This document shows positions 50,525-63,089 of a DNA stretch of 64,000 nt, piece by piece (within the stretch, counting starts at the first letter, position 1; each line of letters begins with the position of its first letter). The notes beneath the pieces were generated by a model, which saw nothing but the letters and a program-made list of their open reading frames with translations, ran no database searches and had not been told where the DNA came from. The position numbers and the translations under genes were made by a program. This DNA comes from Callorhinchus milii (lineage: Eukaryota). The DNA is taken from positions 94,242,001-94,306,000 of the forward strand of contig NW_024704742.1 in assembly GCF_018977255.1 (NCBI RefSeq), written 5' to 3'.

Positions 50525-51312
50525 AAGCACAGTGGCTAAGTTTGCAGATGACACCAAGCTAATGAAGGTAGTAGATTCCGAACCTGAAAAAGATAGGTTA
50601 CAGGAGAATTTGAACATACTTGGGAATTGGGCAGATCGGTGGCAGATGAAATTCAATGTGGAGAAATGTAAAGTACTTCACATGAGGACAAAAAATCCTG
50701 AAAGGGACTATTATTTGAACAGAAGGAAAATAATATGCATGGAAAAGGACCTAGGGGTCCTGATTGATAATAAATCGAAGCTCTCCCAACAATGCTCTGT
50801 GGCAGTGAGTAAAGCAAATCAGATGTTGGGATGTATCAAAAGATCAATAGCAAACCAAAATAGTGGGGTAATCTTGCCACTGTATAAATCATTGGTGAGA
50901 CCATAGATAGAGTACTGTGTACAGTTCTGGTTGCCGCAGTGCAAAAAGGATATTGGAGAAATTGAGAAGATACAGAGGAGGGCAACCAAAATGATTGAGG
51001 GAATGGAGGGATTGGACTATGAGGAGCGACTAAGTAAATTAGGCATGTTCACGCTGGAAGAGAGAAGATTGAGAGGTGACATGATTGCTGCCTTTAAGAT
51101 TCTAAAGGGACAAAACAATATAGATCATGACAGGCTGTTTCAACTTATCCAGAATAGTAAAACCGGGCAAAATCAGAACAAATCTACGCAAACACTATTT
51201 CAATGAGCAAATAGTGAACCTGTGGAACAGGCTCCCTAGGGAGACATATGAAGCAGGAAGTGTTGATTCTTTCAAACACAGATTAGATAGTTTTCTTTTA
51301 GGAAATAACATT
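50525..51312 (+). mobile_element. CR1-clade LINE fragment (RT C-terminal part) in FBP1 intron 6
   Basis: KFADDTKL, WQMKFNVEKCKVLH, KDLGV, LPLYKSLVRP, EKIQRRATKMI, LEERRLRGD, VNLWNRLP, interrupted by stops and frameshifts. Confidence 0.92.
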
Positions 51313-51671
51313 GTATCTTAAAGCACTTCACACGGCTGGTTGGGGAGGAGGGAGGAAGATGACCAAAAGCATAATTGAAGAGGTAAGTCATAATATAGGC
51401 TTTAAAAGTGGAGAGAGGAGCGAGAGAGAGAGGGGAAATGATTTTAGACAGTGTTCAGTCCTCATTTGTATGCATGAGAAGAAAGCTGGGATGAGGCTGC
51501 AGTCTGATGACCTTGAATGTAAAATATCCAGCTAGCAATTAACTATCGAGGTTCAGAAAGGGAATATAGTCACATTTTTAGATTCATATCCCAGCATAAT
51601 AGCCTGACTTAAGAAAGGAGATTGGTGAAAAGATTTGCATGCAAGACTGATCTCCGTTTGTCTCCTCTTAG

Positions 51672-51863
51672 CTTCGACTCCTATATGAATGCAACCCCTT
51701 GGCTTACATTATGGAGCAAGCGGGAGGCATGGCCACAACAGGTACTAAACCAGTGCTCGATATCGTTCCATGCACCATTCACCAGCGGATCCCAATCGTA
51801 CTGGGATCCCCAAGTGATGTTCAAGAATACATTGATATTGTAAAGAAGCACCAAGCCAAGTAA
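51672..51863 (+). CDS. FBP1: FBP1 coding exon 7 (192 nt including TAA)
   Basis: ctcttag|CTT CGA...[72 protein letters not shown]. The seven exons sum to 1017 nt, or 338 aa plus stop. Confidence 0.97.
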   Translation, partial: LRLLYECNPLAYIMEQAGGMATTGTKPVLDIVPCTIHQRIPIVLGSPSDVQEYIDIVKKHQAK

Positions 51864-51950
51864 TATGGGATCAGTTTGGGGGTGTAACTATCTTTGCTTG
51901 AACTATCAGTATGTGATGCCTGTACAAATAGATATCACTGAAAGTGTAAA

Positions 51951-51956
51951 AATAAA
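51951..51956 (+). promoter_or_regulatory. Probable FBP1 polyadenylation signal AATAAA
   Basis: First AATAAA after the stop (about 88 nt downstream), with TGTA just upstream and a T-rich tract downstream. Confidence 0.6.
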
Positions 51957-52204
51957 TACTTGAACCAGTCCCTTTTTTCTCTATCATTGAGTACTTCAGA
52001 GAGTCTTGACTTTATATTTCTAAAATTTGGATAAGCCTTTGTTGTGAAAGTGAAAAGAAAATAGCAACAACTTCCATTTATACAGTTCTCTTCAGACATG
52101 AAGACAACTTGGAGCACTACACAAGGCTGGTTGAGCAACGAGCGAGGGGGAAGAGGAATGTGACAGTGTATTTTATGTAATGAAGAGAAAACAAGAGTTG
52201 TGAC

Positions 52205-52482
52205 ATATACATGGAGATTCCAGAGAAATTTATTGGAATGGAATGCGTACTCTCTCTATGGAGGGATGCATCCTGTTTACTTAACTCCAAAGAGTATTAG
52301 GTACAGGTTGCCAAGAGTCAAGGCTTGGGGACCCCAGAGTGTGTGTTGGGGTACTGGTGAAATTGCATAGTTTGCCATTGAGAGCACTATCTGGCAGCTT
52401 TCCCCCTGTTTGTCCATCTAGGACCAACCTATTTGTTAGGACTTTGGCTTACAGAGTTAACAGGAGCTGAGTGAGAAGAGTC
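52205..52482 (+). repeat. Unclassified interspersed repeat, copy 3 of 3
   Basis: Colinear with about 5750-6045. Confidence 0.7.
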
Positions 52483-54330
52483 CCTGCGTCCAGTGACTGG
52501 TCTGCCCTTCCAAGTCCTGCTGATGAGCTGGGCTATCATCAGCAGTGCCCTGGAATATTGCAGAGCCAGTTCAACTCCAAGGAGACCCTGTTTACTTCCC
52601 ACCAAAGGAAAAGAGCAACTAGTTGATCATTTGACAGGTGTCAAGTATGGTTTGAGCTCTCTCTAGGTGGATGGTTGGTACCAGGAACTCCCTGCAAGCT
52701 TCCTGGTGGGCAACTCAGCTCAGCATGAAATGTGTGAGAACATTGCTACCATCCTCTTGTCCACAGCTCAAACATACATTCCTTCCCATTGAGTGATGGT
52801 TCCACTAGGTAGAGGTGTGGAGCTTGAGAAGCAGCTGCTTACCTCTTTAGAAAACCAATCAAGGTGAGTTCCAAACTCTGGATTTACGAACACATGTTCA
52901 TGAACTCAGAGTCCAGGTAATGCCTTACAGCAGCTGTGGACCCAAGCCTCAGTTTCCTTATCAGCTATCTGGCGGGCATCTGCTTTCAGTGTGGTGGGAG
53001 GACCTTTAAAGGACACCTTGTGATTTATCAGCCACTTTAATGTTCTTGAAGTCCACGTCCAATGCCGTGTACCAGGTTTACACAGCACCAGCTGCTCAAT
53101 CAGGGTGGGTCCTCATGTGAGAGGGTTTGGCAAATAGACATGGCCGCTGTGAAGCCGGCTCCACCTCTAAGGCGCTCAATGACAAGTTAGTGTAGGCCGA
53201 AGCCCTCCCTCCCTGTTGCCACTTCCCATGGTTGCCAAAAATCCTGCCTACTTTATCCTGGACTTTGCAAGTGGGCCTGAGGAAGTCTTTCTACTGCATC
53301 CCCAGGAGTTCAATTCCATCCACATTGCCTGGAGTGGCTTTGAGGCAATCAAAAAAAGGAGCTCCTACATTTGACTCCCAATCTGTAGTCCATAAAGCTA
53401 TTATGCTTTCATACTACTTTTGTAATACATTCTGACCCTGTTATAATGCAATGCTTTAGGTCCATAAAATGAGACCCATGTTATAATGGGCAAGTGAAAT
53501 AAAACTGGCTACCAGCCTCCCGGATCGTCCAATCATTGCCAACGTCACTTCTAGCTTTTGGTGCTGAACAGTCAATTTCCTGAATGCTGTGCATATAGAC
53601 GGGAAGCCACTCAGTCTGCGCCAGAAGCCGGAGGGGTTACAGTGCACACGACCTATATACGGTCTTGCACTATAATGGATTGTGTTCTATCAGGTTTGGC
53701 CCATATTGGGGTATTGCTTAGTTGAAAAAGAAATCTGACCAAATTGTAAGGCTTCCACCTCAAAAGTTTTGTTCTCAAAACATGTGTGCATTTAATTCCT
53801 TTCAGCCTTGCCTTTTATATCTGGCACATTTCACTTACCCAGTTACCAGGGACAGATTTAATTATAGCCAAACAACTTTGAGGTCTGTCAGTGATGAACT
53901 TTGTGTCATTTCAGTGAGGGTGTCTGCTGTATATGCCAGATCACATTTGACTGCAGCTATGACCTTTTTGATGTGGGTAATATAAGCATGTCCTATAAAA
54001 TGTTTGTGGTTGCACATAATTCAGTGTTTGGTTTCTGCTGTTTTGATCTCTTGAACAATTATCCTTATTGAGATTTTTACTTTAGTTTTGAAGCTCAGTG
54101 TGGTATGAACGAGCACCATGTTACAGTCTGACCTAGTCATACCCTTCTGTCACATGGGATCAAATACATGTATGTATTTCTGTGAATGTGCAGTTCACCT
54201 GTTCAAGATCTGTCTATAGGGCAGACAGTGACTGATGGATTTCGGGGAATGTTAGTGAAGTCAAAGTCAAATTGGTCAAAAAAATTGCTCTTTCATCAGT
54301 CACTGGTAATATTATAGGAAGTCCCGTTAG

Positions 54331-54413
54331 TGACCTCTTGTAGACTTTAGCCTTCTCGTTCGCAGCTGTTCCATTCATTTGCCCCCCCCCACCCCGGCTT
54401 GTGCTTTAAATAG
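54331..54413 (+). promoter_or_regulatory. Candidate FBP2 proximal promoter (TGACCT half-site, E-box CAGCTG, CACCC box, TATA/MEF2-like CTTTAAATAG)
   Basis: TGACCT 54331-54336, CAGCTG 54363-54368, ccccccccacccc about 54382-54395 and ctttaaatag 54404-54413, about 75 nt before the ATG. Motif match only. Confidence 0.45.
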
Positions 54414-54488
54414 CTAGCCTGGTCTGGGTAGCTCCACTTGTAACTTCACTGACTCGGTCTGTGTGAAAGAAAGAGGAATCCAGCCACA

Positions 54489-54658
54489 ATGACGGACCAG
54501 TCGGCTTTCGATACCGATGTGCAGACCATAACCCGATTTGTCATGGATAAGGGAAGGAAAGCGAAAGGAACTGGCGAATTCACTCAACTCCTGAACTCCC
54601 TTCTCACTGCCATCAAAGCTATCTCTTCTGTTGTGAGAAAGGCAGGCCTCGCCCATCT
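54489..54658 (+). CDS. FBP2: Fructose-1,6-bisphosphatase 2 (muscle type), coding exon 1 (170 nt)
   Basis: [57 protein letters not shown], donor CT|gtgagt. K20, LLTA and GLAHL are FBP2-type. Confidence 0.94.
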
Positions 54659-55344
54659 GTGAGTCCACATCCTTCGGCCTCCTTGTGCTCCACAAGTGCC
54701 TTGTGCTGCAGAGAATACAACCTTAAAGAAACTAGCTGTGTGTAACAGATTAGACAGTGGTTATAATAATCTTTGTATTTGATATAGCGCCTTATCACAT
54801 TATTAAGACTCCTCAAAGTGCTTCACAGAATATACTGTAAAGTGAATTGACTGTATATTTTATGGGCGAAACAAGGGAGCCAATTGCCATAGTCATGGAT
54901 TGAGTGACCAAATTATTTGTTTTTCTCTCTCGCTCTATCTATTTGTTTATTCATGTATTTACTTACTTATTGAAATAATTATTATTGTGTGAATGTAGAT
55001 AAGGATTGTTTTTTTCTTTAACAAACTTTAACCACACCGTAAACACTAACAGTGACCTTTTTTGTGGGAAGTTTGTTTGTTCTTTAAATAAATGCTATTA
55101 ATAAAAGAGAAATCTTCACAATTTTTAAAAAGTTTTGAAAAGATTAATAGTATCAGATTATTACCATTATTTGTAAATCAGTAAACCAGTAAGACCTTAA
55201 ACTATTACTGAGAAAATTAAGAGGGAAGTTAAAAAATTGTTTTCATACAAAGAGTTATTTGAACACAGAAACTTTATAATAATAATCCTTATATTTGATA
55301 TAGCACCTTATCACACCGTTGAAACACCTCAAAGGATTTTATTT

Positions 55345-55728
55345 CATGTTTCCGACATGAAGGGCGCTATATAATTGTAATTTGTTATTTGTAATTTGTA
55401 ATTTATTGTTGTAGGGGAACACAACAACCAATTTGTGTGCAGCATTGTCCCACAAACAGCCATGAAGCGAAAGGCTAATTTTATTAGGAGGATTGTTCAC
55501 AGGACAGCAGGACCAAGTCATTCTCGTTTTGAATAGAGCAATGGGATTTTTAATGTACACCTGAACAGGCAGACAGGACCTCGGTTTAACATCTCATCCA
55601 AAGAATGGCACCTCTGACATCTCTGGCACCCCAGCACTGCAATGAACTGCCAGGCTAGCTGAATGAGTTCAAAGGACTATGTGGGGCTTCTGACTCAGAG
55701 GCAAAGTGCTTCCAACTGAGCCAGGCTA
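55345..55728 (-). mobile_element. SacSINE1/DeuSINE-like SINE
   Basis: The minus strand reads tggctcagttggaagcactttgcctctgagtcagaag...ggatgagatgttaaaccgaggtcctgtctgcctgttcaggtg...atcccattgc...ggctgtttgtgggac. Confidence 0.72.
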
Positions 55729-56793
55729 ACATCGATTATGAATGGATATTGACACTAAGACCATAATAACATTTAAAAGAGAAATATTGTAATAAAGAGT
55801 TCAGAGGAAATCATTTAGAATTGAAATTAGCATATGTTTAACAACAACTTGCATTTATATTGTAAATAAAAATAGAAGTCGCTGGGAACACTCAGCAGGT
55901 CAGATAGCATGTATGGAAAGAAGAAAGTGAGTTAACATTTCAGGTTGATGACTTTTCTGTAATATTTGTCTGCTAATTGTTATCCAACTCTTCAAGGTGA
56001 GATTGGATCATATCAGTAATTCTATTTTTTGCTTCAAAGGTTGACATGGGTAGATATTCCACCTGGGTTTAGATGGACACTATTCATGTAGCATTTCACA
56101 GTGGATAGAATTTATCAGTTTGTTTAATTCAGGTTGGGCAGGACAATAGGCCTTGAAGCCCATTTTCTGTAGTTCTTAAAAGGACAACCAAAATGTCTAC
56201 CCAATTAACAACCGAAACATCAAATTACATTTGTATAGTGCCTTTCACATCAGGAGGACCAAACATATTGAAAGTTTTTTTTTCTAATTTTGTTATTATT
56301 TAACCTTTGAAAGGGCTTTAACAGAACCTATAGACATATTTTAATATTGCAATTTGTTTACTTTTATTCATTAGTTATAATAATAAAACTGATTATAGTA
56401 TTTATTAGTATTAATATTGTTCATAAGTTGTTTTGCGATTGTGTTGATTTTTATTTTGTGTCAAGAATAAGAATGCTTATGTTTTGTTTACTGAGATCAC
56501 AGAAAGCAGTTCTTAAGTGCGAGTTGCTATGGTTACTGGTGACTTGAAGGAAAGAAAGTGATTATGATTTGGTTGCTCCCTTCTATACATCAGATGTTGT
56601 TACAGGGGAGATGGACCAAAATGAGGCATTTGTGTAATAAATTTGATCACTCAATCTATTACTGTTTGTGGGACACTGCTGTGTGCAATTGGCTGCCATG
56701 TTTCACCCACAAAATACACAGTCGATCCTCTTTACAATATATTCTGTGAAGCCCTTTGAGACATCGCAATGACAGAATAAAGTGCTATATCAA

Positions 56794-57860
56794 CAACAAC
56801 AACAACTTGGATTTATATAGCACCCTCCACGCCGGGTGACGTCTCAGAGCACTTCACAGTTTCGGATCCCGGAACAGAGCCATGGGGAGGGGGAGGAAGG
56901 TGACCAAAGGCGCGGTCGAAAAGAAAGGTCTTCAGCAGAGACCTGAAAATGGGAAGGGAGGGAGCGAGGCGAAGGGAGTGAGGAAGGCAGTTCCAGAGCC
57001 TTGGGGCATAGTGGCTGAAGGCACGGCCGCCTAGGGTGGAGCGGAGGACTCGGGGGACGAGGAGGAGGCCAGACCCGGAGGAACAAAGGCAATGGGTGCT
57101 GTTTAGAGGAGAGAGGAGGTTAGAGAGGTAGGGGGGTGCAGAGGAATGGAGGGACTTGAATACAAGGGTGAGGAACTTGAAGTCGATCCTCTCTGGGATA
57201 GGCAGCCAGTGCAGTTTGGCAAGGACTGGAGTGATCGGGGAATGGAGTTTTGTGTGGGTGAGAATGCGGGCGGCAGAGTTTTGAATGATCTGGATTTTAT
57301 GGATGGTAGTGGATGGGAGACCGGCGAGGATGGCATTGGAGTAGTCCAGCCGAGAGCTGACAAAGGCATGGACCAGGGTTTCAGCGGCTTTTGGAGAGAA
57401 GTATTGGCAGAGATGGGCGATGCAACGGAGGTGAAAAAAGGCGGTGCTGGTGAGGGACAATGTGGGGGAGGAAGCATAATTGGAGGTCGAATCTGACGCC
57501 TAAGTTGCGTACGGGTTCGGAGAATTTTAGTGGGAGGTCGGGTAGGTGGAGGAGATGATAACCATGAGATTTTAGATGTTGACAAGAGACGTTCAGCTGA
57601 AGGAAGTTTGCGCTCATCCAGCCCCTGAGGTATGACAGGCAGACTGACAGAACTGGGAATCGCAAAGAGAGGTGGAAGAGTAGAGTTGGGTGTCATCTGC
57701 ATACATGTGGAAATGTACCCCATGTCTGCGGATGACATCCCTAAAAGGGAGCATATAGATCAGAAAGAGGAGGGGGTCAAGGATGGATCCTTGGGGTACC
57801 CCACAGGTGACCGGGTGAGAGCGGGAGAAGAAGCCGTTTATACAGATGTACTGCTGGCGG
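56794..57860 (-). mobile_element. 5'-truncated L2 (different subfamily, RT 3' half)
   Basis: [25 protein letters not shown] and LHWLP (ORF 56813-57460), GVPQGS and YADD region near 57690-57800, (CAA)n tail at the left. Confidence 0.92.
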
Positions 57861-59018
57861 TATCAAACGCTAGAGAAAACAAACAAGAGGTCTTCATTAA
57901 ACTGTACAAAACAGCCAACCTTTGGGATTAGCAGGGACAGCAGTGTACTTTCTCATTCCTGCAACACGCAGTGTTTCCAGGTGTCCGGAGTGCAGAATTT
58001 AGGAAAGCTGGCTACTGTGCTCACAAGTCTAATGGACAACCATGTTGTATCTAAACTCACATAATAGCGAGGCACATTAGAAACATAAAACCACAGAGAT
58101 TTACAGCACAGAAGGCCATTCGACCCATTGTGTCTGTGCTGGCACTTTTAAGAGCAATCCTTTCGGTCCCATTATCCTGTCCTTTCCCCATACCCCTGTA
58201 CTTTAGGCAAATGAGAGGATGATAGAAGGGACTGTAGAATGGAGTTCCAAACGATGAGAACATTTTACCCAATCATTGGTTATTGTTAACAAAGGGCATT
58301 TCTAAAGATATGAGGGAAACAGACAAGCAGATCCTGAGTAATTGAAGGTTGGCTTGGGAGGAGCATTCATAGGCACACCATGACATCAGTCAGTGAATTG
58401 AGTCACCGGGGAGATGTGGGGAGAAATGCCAGTGTGCAGACTTCTTGACAATTATACTCTTAAGATTTACACAAATTGTTGGATTACAGAAGGAATGAAG
58501 CTTGTCTCTCAGCAAACAAGCATGTTTAAAAGTCGTAAATCTATTGCTATTGAAAAGGGTTTTGTCAGGTCAGATCATTGTTTCAGAGGAATGAAAACTA
58601 TCTCTCATCTAAACTGTTAACATTGAAAGTCACACTATGTTGTTAAAGAGATATCATTGGTTGAATAGCTACCAGGGCAGAGGTGCCATCCTTTGGTTGA
58701 GAAAGTAAACTGAGGTCCTGTCTGGCTGTTCAGGTGAAGATTAAAGATCCTATTCACTATTTGAAAAGAGAAACAAGCTTCTCCAGGTGTCACGGCCAAC
58801 AATCTTTGACATTTTGTTTTAAACTCCATGGCTGTTTGCGTGACCCAGCAAAGCGGTACCACGTTTGCCTACAAATTCACAGGCACTACACTTGCCAGCA
58901 ATTAGCTGTGCAGTGCTTTGAAAGGGTTTCAACGTTATAGGTGCTGTATCAACTTCAAGGAATTTTATTATTATTAAATCGCTAAAATAGTTATCACACC
59001 CATTTTTATTTTATTTAG

Positions 59019-59181
59019 GTATGGAATTGCGGGGACTGTGAATGTGACTGGAGATGAAGTGAAGAAGCTGGATGTGCTGTCCAACAATCTTGTCATTAAC
59101 ATGTTAAGATCATCCTACAGCACATGTGTGCTGGTGACGGAGGAGAATGCAGATGCAGTGATTGTAGAGCCTGATAAGCAG
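59019..59181 (+). CDS. FBP2: FBP2 coding exon 2 (163 nt)
   Basis: ttatttag|G TAT GGA...AAG CAG|gttggt. [54 protein letters not shown], with E69 and SSYSTC (muscle type). Confidence 0.96.
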
Positions 59182-59191
59182 GTTGGTGGCG

Positions 59192-61759
59192 CAACAACAA
59201 CAACATTTCATTTATAGAGCGCCTTTCACGTCGGGAGGACGTCCCAAGGCGCTGGACAGTTGGGTCGGGACTCGAGCAGGGGGGAAATAATCAGGGTGAG
59301 GGGAGGGAAGGGAGGGAGCGAGGAGGGGGTAGAGAGTCGAGAGGGGAGCTAAAGGCACAGTTGAAGAGAAAGGTCTTGAGACCGGCCTTGAAGGAGGAAA
59401 GGGAGGAGGCGGCGAAGGCACTGGGGGATGGAGTTCCAGAGCCTAGCGGCTGAGAGGCTGAAGGCCCGGCCACCGATGGTAGGGCGGTTAGGGCGGGGGA
59501 TGTGGAACAGACTGGAGCCAGAGGAACGGAGGGTATGAGCAGGTAAGTAGGGGGATAGTAGGTCGGAGAGGTAGGAGGGAGCAAGGCCGTGAATGGCCTT
59601 GTAGGTGAGGATGAGGATCTTGAATTCGATCCTCTGGGGGATGGGGAGCCAGTGGAGGCGAGCGAGGGTGGGAGTGATGTGGTCCCGAAGCCTGGTGCGG
59701 GACAGTACACGAGCTGCAGAGTTCTGAATGACCTGCAGCTTGTGGAGGGAGGTGCCGGGAAGGCCGGCGAGGAGAGAGTTCCCATAGTCCAGCCTTGAGG
59801 TGATAAAGGCGTGGACCAGAGTTTCAGCAGCGTGAGGGGTGAGGTAGTGCCGTAGTCTGGCGATGTTCTGGAGATGGTGGAAGGCAGTGCCAGCTGTGGC
59901 GCAGATGTGGGGAAGAAAGGACAGCTCAGGGTCGAACAGAACAACGAAGTTCCTGACTAGTTTTGAGAGGTGGAGAGTGCAGCCTTGGATGCTGATGGTG
60001 TCAGCGCCTGAGGTTCGGAGGCGCTGACGTGAGCCAATCGGGAGGGCCTCAGTTTTGCGCACATTGAGCTGAAGAAAGTTGTCTCTCGTCCAGGACTCGA
60101 TGTCGGACAGGCAGACTGTCAAGCAACGGTGGTCGTGGAGTTGAGGGTAGAAGAAGAAAGGTAGAGTTGGGTGTCATCCGCATACATGTGGAAGTTAACC
60201 CCATGTCTGCGGATGATGTCACCAAGGGGGAGCATATAGAGGGTGAGGAGGAGGGGACCTAGTACAGAGCCCTGAGGGACACCACACGAGACAGTGCGGG
60301 GGCTGCAGGAAAAGGCATTTGCAGAGACAAAATGAAGATGGTGGGAGAGGTAGGACCTAAACCACTCAAGGACAGGGCCTTGAAGGTTGATGTGGGAGGA
60401 CAAGCGGTGGAGGAGGATAGAGTGGTCGACCGTATCGAATGCGGCCGATAGGTCGAGGAGGACGAAGAGGCAGAGGGATCCCTGGTCGCAGATGGTCAAG
60501 ATGTCATTGGTGACCTTGACCAGGGCGGTTTCCGTGCTATGGGCAGCACGGAAACCCGACTGGAGGGGTTCAAAAAGTGAGTGGGTGAAGAGGAAAGAGC
60601 GCAGCTGCGAGGCGACGACTCTTTCGAGAACCTTGGACAGGAAGGGGAGGTTGGAGATGGGCCAGTAGCTTGATAACTGTGACGCATCAAGGGAGGGATT
60701 TTTCAACGTGGGAGTGATGGTGGCAGTTTTGAGGGGAATGGGAACAGAGCCAGAGGAAAGGGACAGGTTAATAGTGTCTGTGAGAAGTTGGGCAAGGAGG
60801 TGGAGCTGAGAGATAAGGAGTGGGGATGGGGTCCAGGGAGCAGGTGGTGGGTTTCAAGGGCAGGATGAGTTTGGTGACAGAGGTTGGGGAAATGGGTTCG
60901 AAAGTGTGTAGGGGAGGATGGGTAGGAGTCAGAGTGTGGGAGGGAAGGGGTGGGGGGTGGGTGGAATTTGGAGGGGCAGTGACCGCGGAGTGGATTCCCT
61001 TGATTTGGGATTCAAGGAAATCCAGCATCTCCTCGCAGTGAAGGTTGGAGGAGATGACCTGCGCGGGGTGGCGGGGGGGACAGAGGAGTCGCAATGTGGT
61101 AGAGAATAGAAGCCTGGGGTTGTTCTTCGCCTCCAGGATTATCCTGGGGTAGAAGGATGACTTGGCCGAGGCTAGAGCGGAGCGGTAGATTTTGAGGAGG
61201 TCCAGCCAGATTTGCCGGTGGACCGTTAGAGGGTGTTGTGGAGGAGGGTGAGAGCAGAAGAGGGGTCAGTGAGGGATGAAGGCCAGAGGGAGAGGAGTTC
61301 AGAGGACTCCAAGGCAGTGGTTAGGGATTGTGGGGGCAACTTCTTCCAGGGGTGGTAGAAGATGCTGGTGGGTCTGGTAGAGGTAGGGAGAGGGGTGGAC
61401 GTGGTGAAGGAGATGAAGTGGTGATCGGAGATGGCCTTGTTGGTAATGGTGACATCCGAGACACTGAGGCCCCAGGTGATCACCAAATCGAGTGGGTGGC
61501 CGTGAATGTGAGTGGCGGAGTTGGTGTGGAGGGAGAGGTTGAGCGAGGAGAGGATGGAGGAGAAGTCCGAGGAGATGGAGCCGGAGGGGGTGAAGTGCAG
61601 GTTGAAGTCGCCCAGGATGATGAGGCGATCAGAGCAGAGGCAGAGGGATGTTAGGAGGGTAGAAATATCAGAGAGGTTTTAGGGGGCCGGTAGAGGAGGA
61701 GAATTTTGAGTGAGAGATTGGAGGGGTGGGAGAGGGTGAGGTGCTCGAAAGAGGGGAAA
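59192..61759 (-). mobile_element. L2 LINE of the same subfamily as 46.7-50.15 kb, 5'-truncated, with stops and a ~140-nt internal deletion near 61228
   Basis: ORFs 59349-60122, 60119-60706, 60768-61094 and 61226-61486 closely match consecutive parts of the 1125-aa ORF. (CAA)n tail and stem-loop at 59192-59255. Confidence 0.95.
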
Positions 61760-62287
61760 CATCAATCACTGATGATATCTTCTGAGCACAGTTACATCTG
61801 TAATTATGTTACTATTATTGAAAGGATTCAGATTGTATTGGGTAAAAGATACTTTGAAGGAATCTTCAGGGACATTGGATGGATAGGCTGATAATCAGGC
61901 CCACTGTTACAAGGGATGGAAAATGTGATTATGTAACGTGATAAGATGATAATTATCACATCGCTGAAAATTAGAGTCCAGAACAGTCAATAACTATCGA
62001 CTGATTTAAGTGTGAACACTCACCTCCTCCCCACACCCCCAACCACAAACACACAACCTTCTGACTCAGAGGCAAGAGTACTAATAACTGAGCCAGACTG
62101 ATACAGATAGTTAGTAGCAGATCTGAACAGGAGTTTAGGAAGAACTTTATGCAGAGGGTGGAACTCACTGCAACTGGTTGAAACAAAAAGCATCATTGTA
62201 TTCCTGAAGAGATTGTATATACGAGTGGGAGAAGAGAATAAAGGAGTCTAGTAGAAGGGATTAGGAAGGGTGCAGGCTCATGTATAG

Positions 62288-62460
62288 TATAATAATAATC
62301 CTCGCATTTGATACACATTATCACGTCTTCGAGACATCTCAAAGCGCTTCACAGAATATACTGTAAAGTGAATTGACAGTATATTTTGTGGGCGAAGCAC
62401 AGCAGTCAATTGCGCAAAGCAGTGTCCCACAAACAGTCGTGGATTGAGTGACCAATTTAT
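62288..62460 (-). mobile_element. SINE 3' fragment
   Basis: taataataatcctcgcatttgata...acgtcttcgagacatctcaaagcgcttcacagaatatactgtaaagtg. Confidence 0.85.
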
Positions 62461-62592
62461 TACTTTTTTTTGAAGAAAGTATAAACACCAGTGTGGACAA
62501 GTTGAGTCGAATGGCCTGTTTCCATGCTGTATCATCCTATTGTAATTCTATGTAATTGATCACAATGTCATTTTAGTTTCATTTCACAGGAT

Positions 62593-62745
62593 ACCAGTCT
62601 AACCCTCTCACACAGCAGTCTAACCCTCTCACACACCAGTCTAACCCACTCACACACCATTCTAACCCTCTCACAAATCAGTCTAACACACTCAAACATC
62701 AGTCTAACGCACTTCAATACCAGACAGATACCAGTCTAACACAAT
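62593..62745 (+). repeat. Short ~21-nt tandem repeat (ACCAGTCTAACCCTCTCACAC)
   Basis: About seven degenerate units visible. Confidence 0.85.
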
Positions 62746-63089
62746 TAGAGTACAACATTTACTTCATGCTCATTCACAAGCCTTTGGTTAAGTCCTCAGG
62801 TCACCCTGTATCCAGGGTCTAGTGAGTGGGTATGAATCAGAGGACTTTCCCTGTTGAAATTAGTTTACGTTGTATGGTGGGCTTTACGTTTTGTGGTGGG
62901 CTTTACGTTGTATGGTGGGTTTTACATTGTAATTGTTTTTACAGGGAGAGGCACCAGTAAGATTACTCCTTTCCTCAGTAATGTTTTATTATTATCTAAT
63001 TATTATTTAATTATTATTATTATTATCAGCTCTGATGTGTGACATTATAATCCCATTAACAAGATCAATCTGTGTTTCTTTCTTTCTAG

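Noticed and set aside
35460..51863. FBP1 as a decaying duplicate or pseudogene
   Set aside because: All seven exons are in frame with canonical splice sites, full length and intact catalytic residues.
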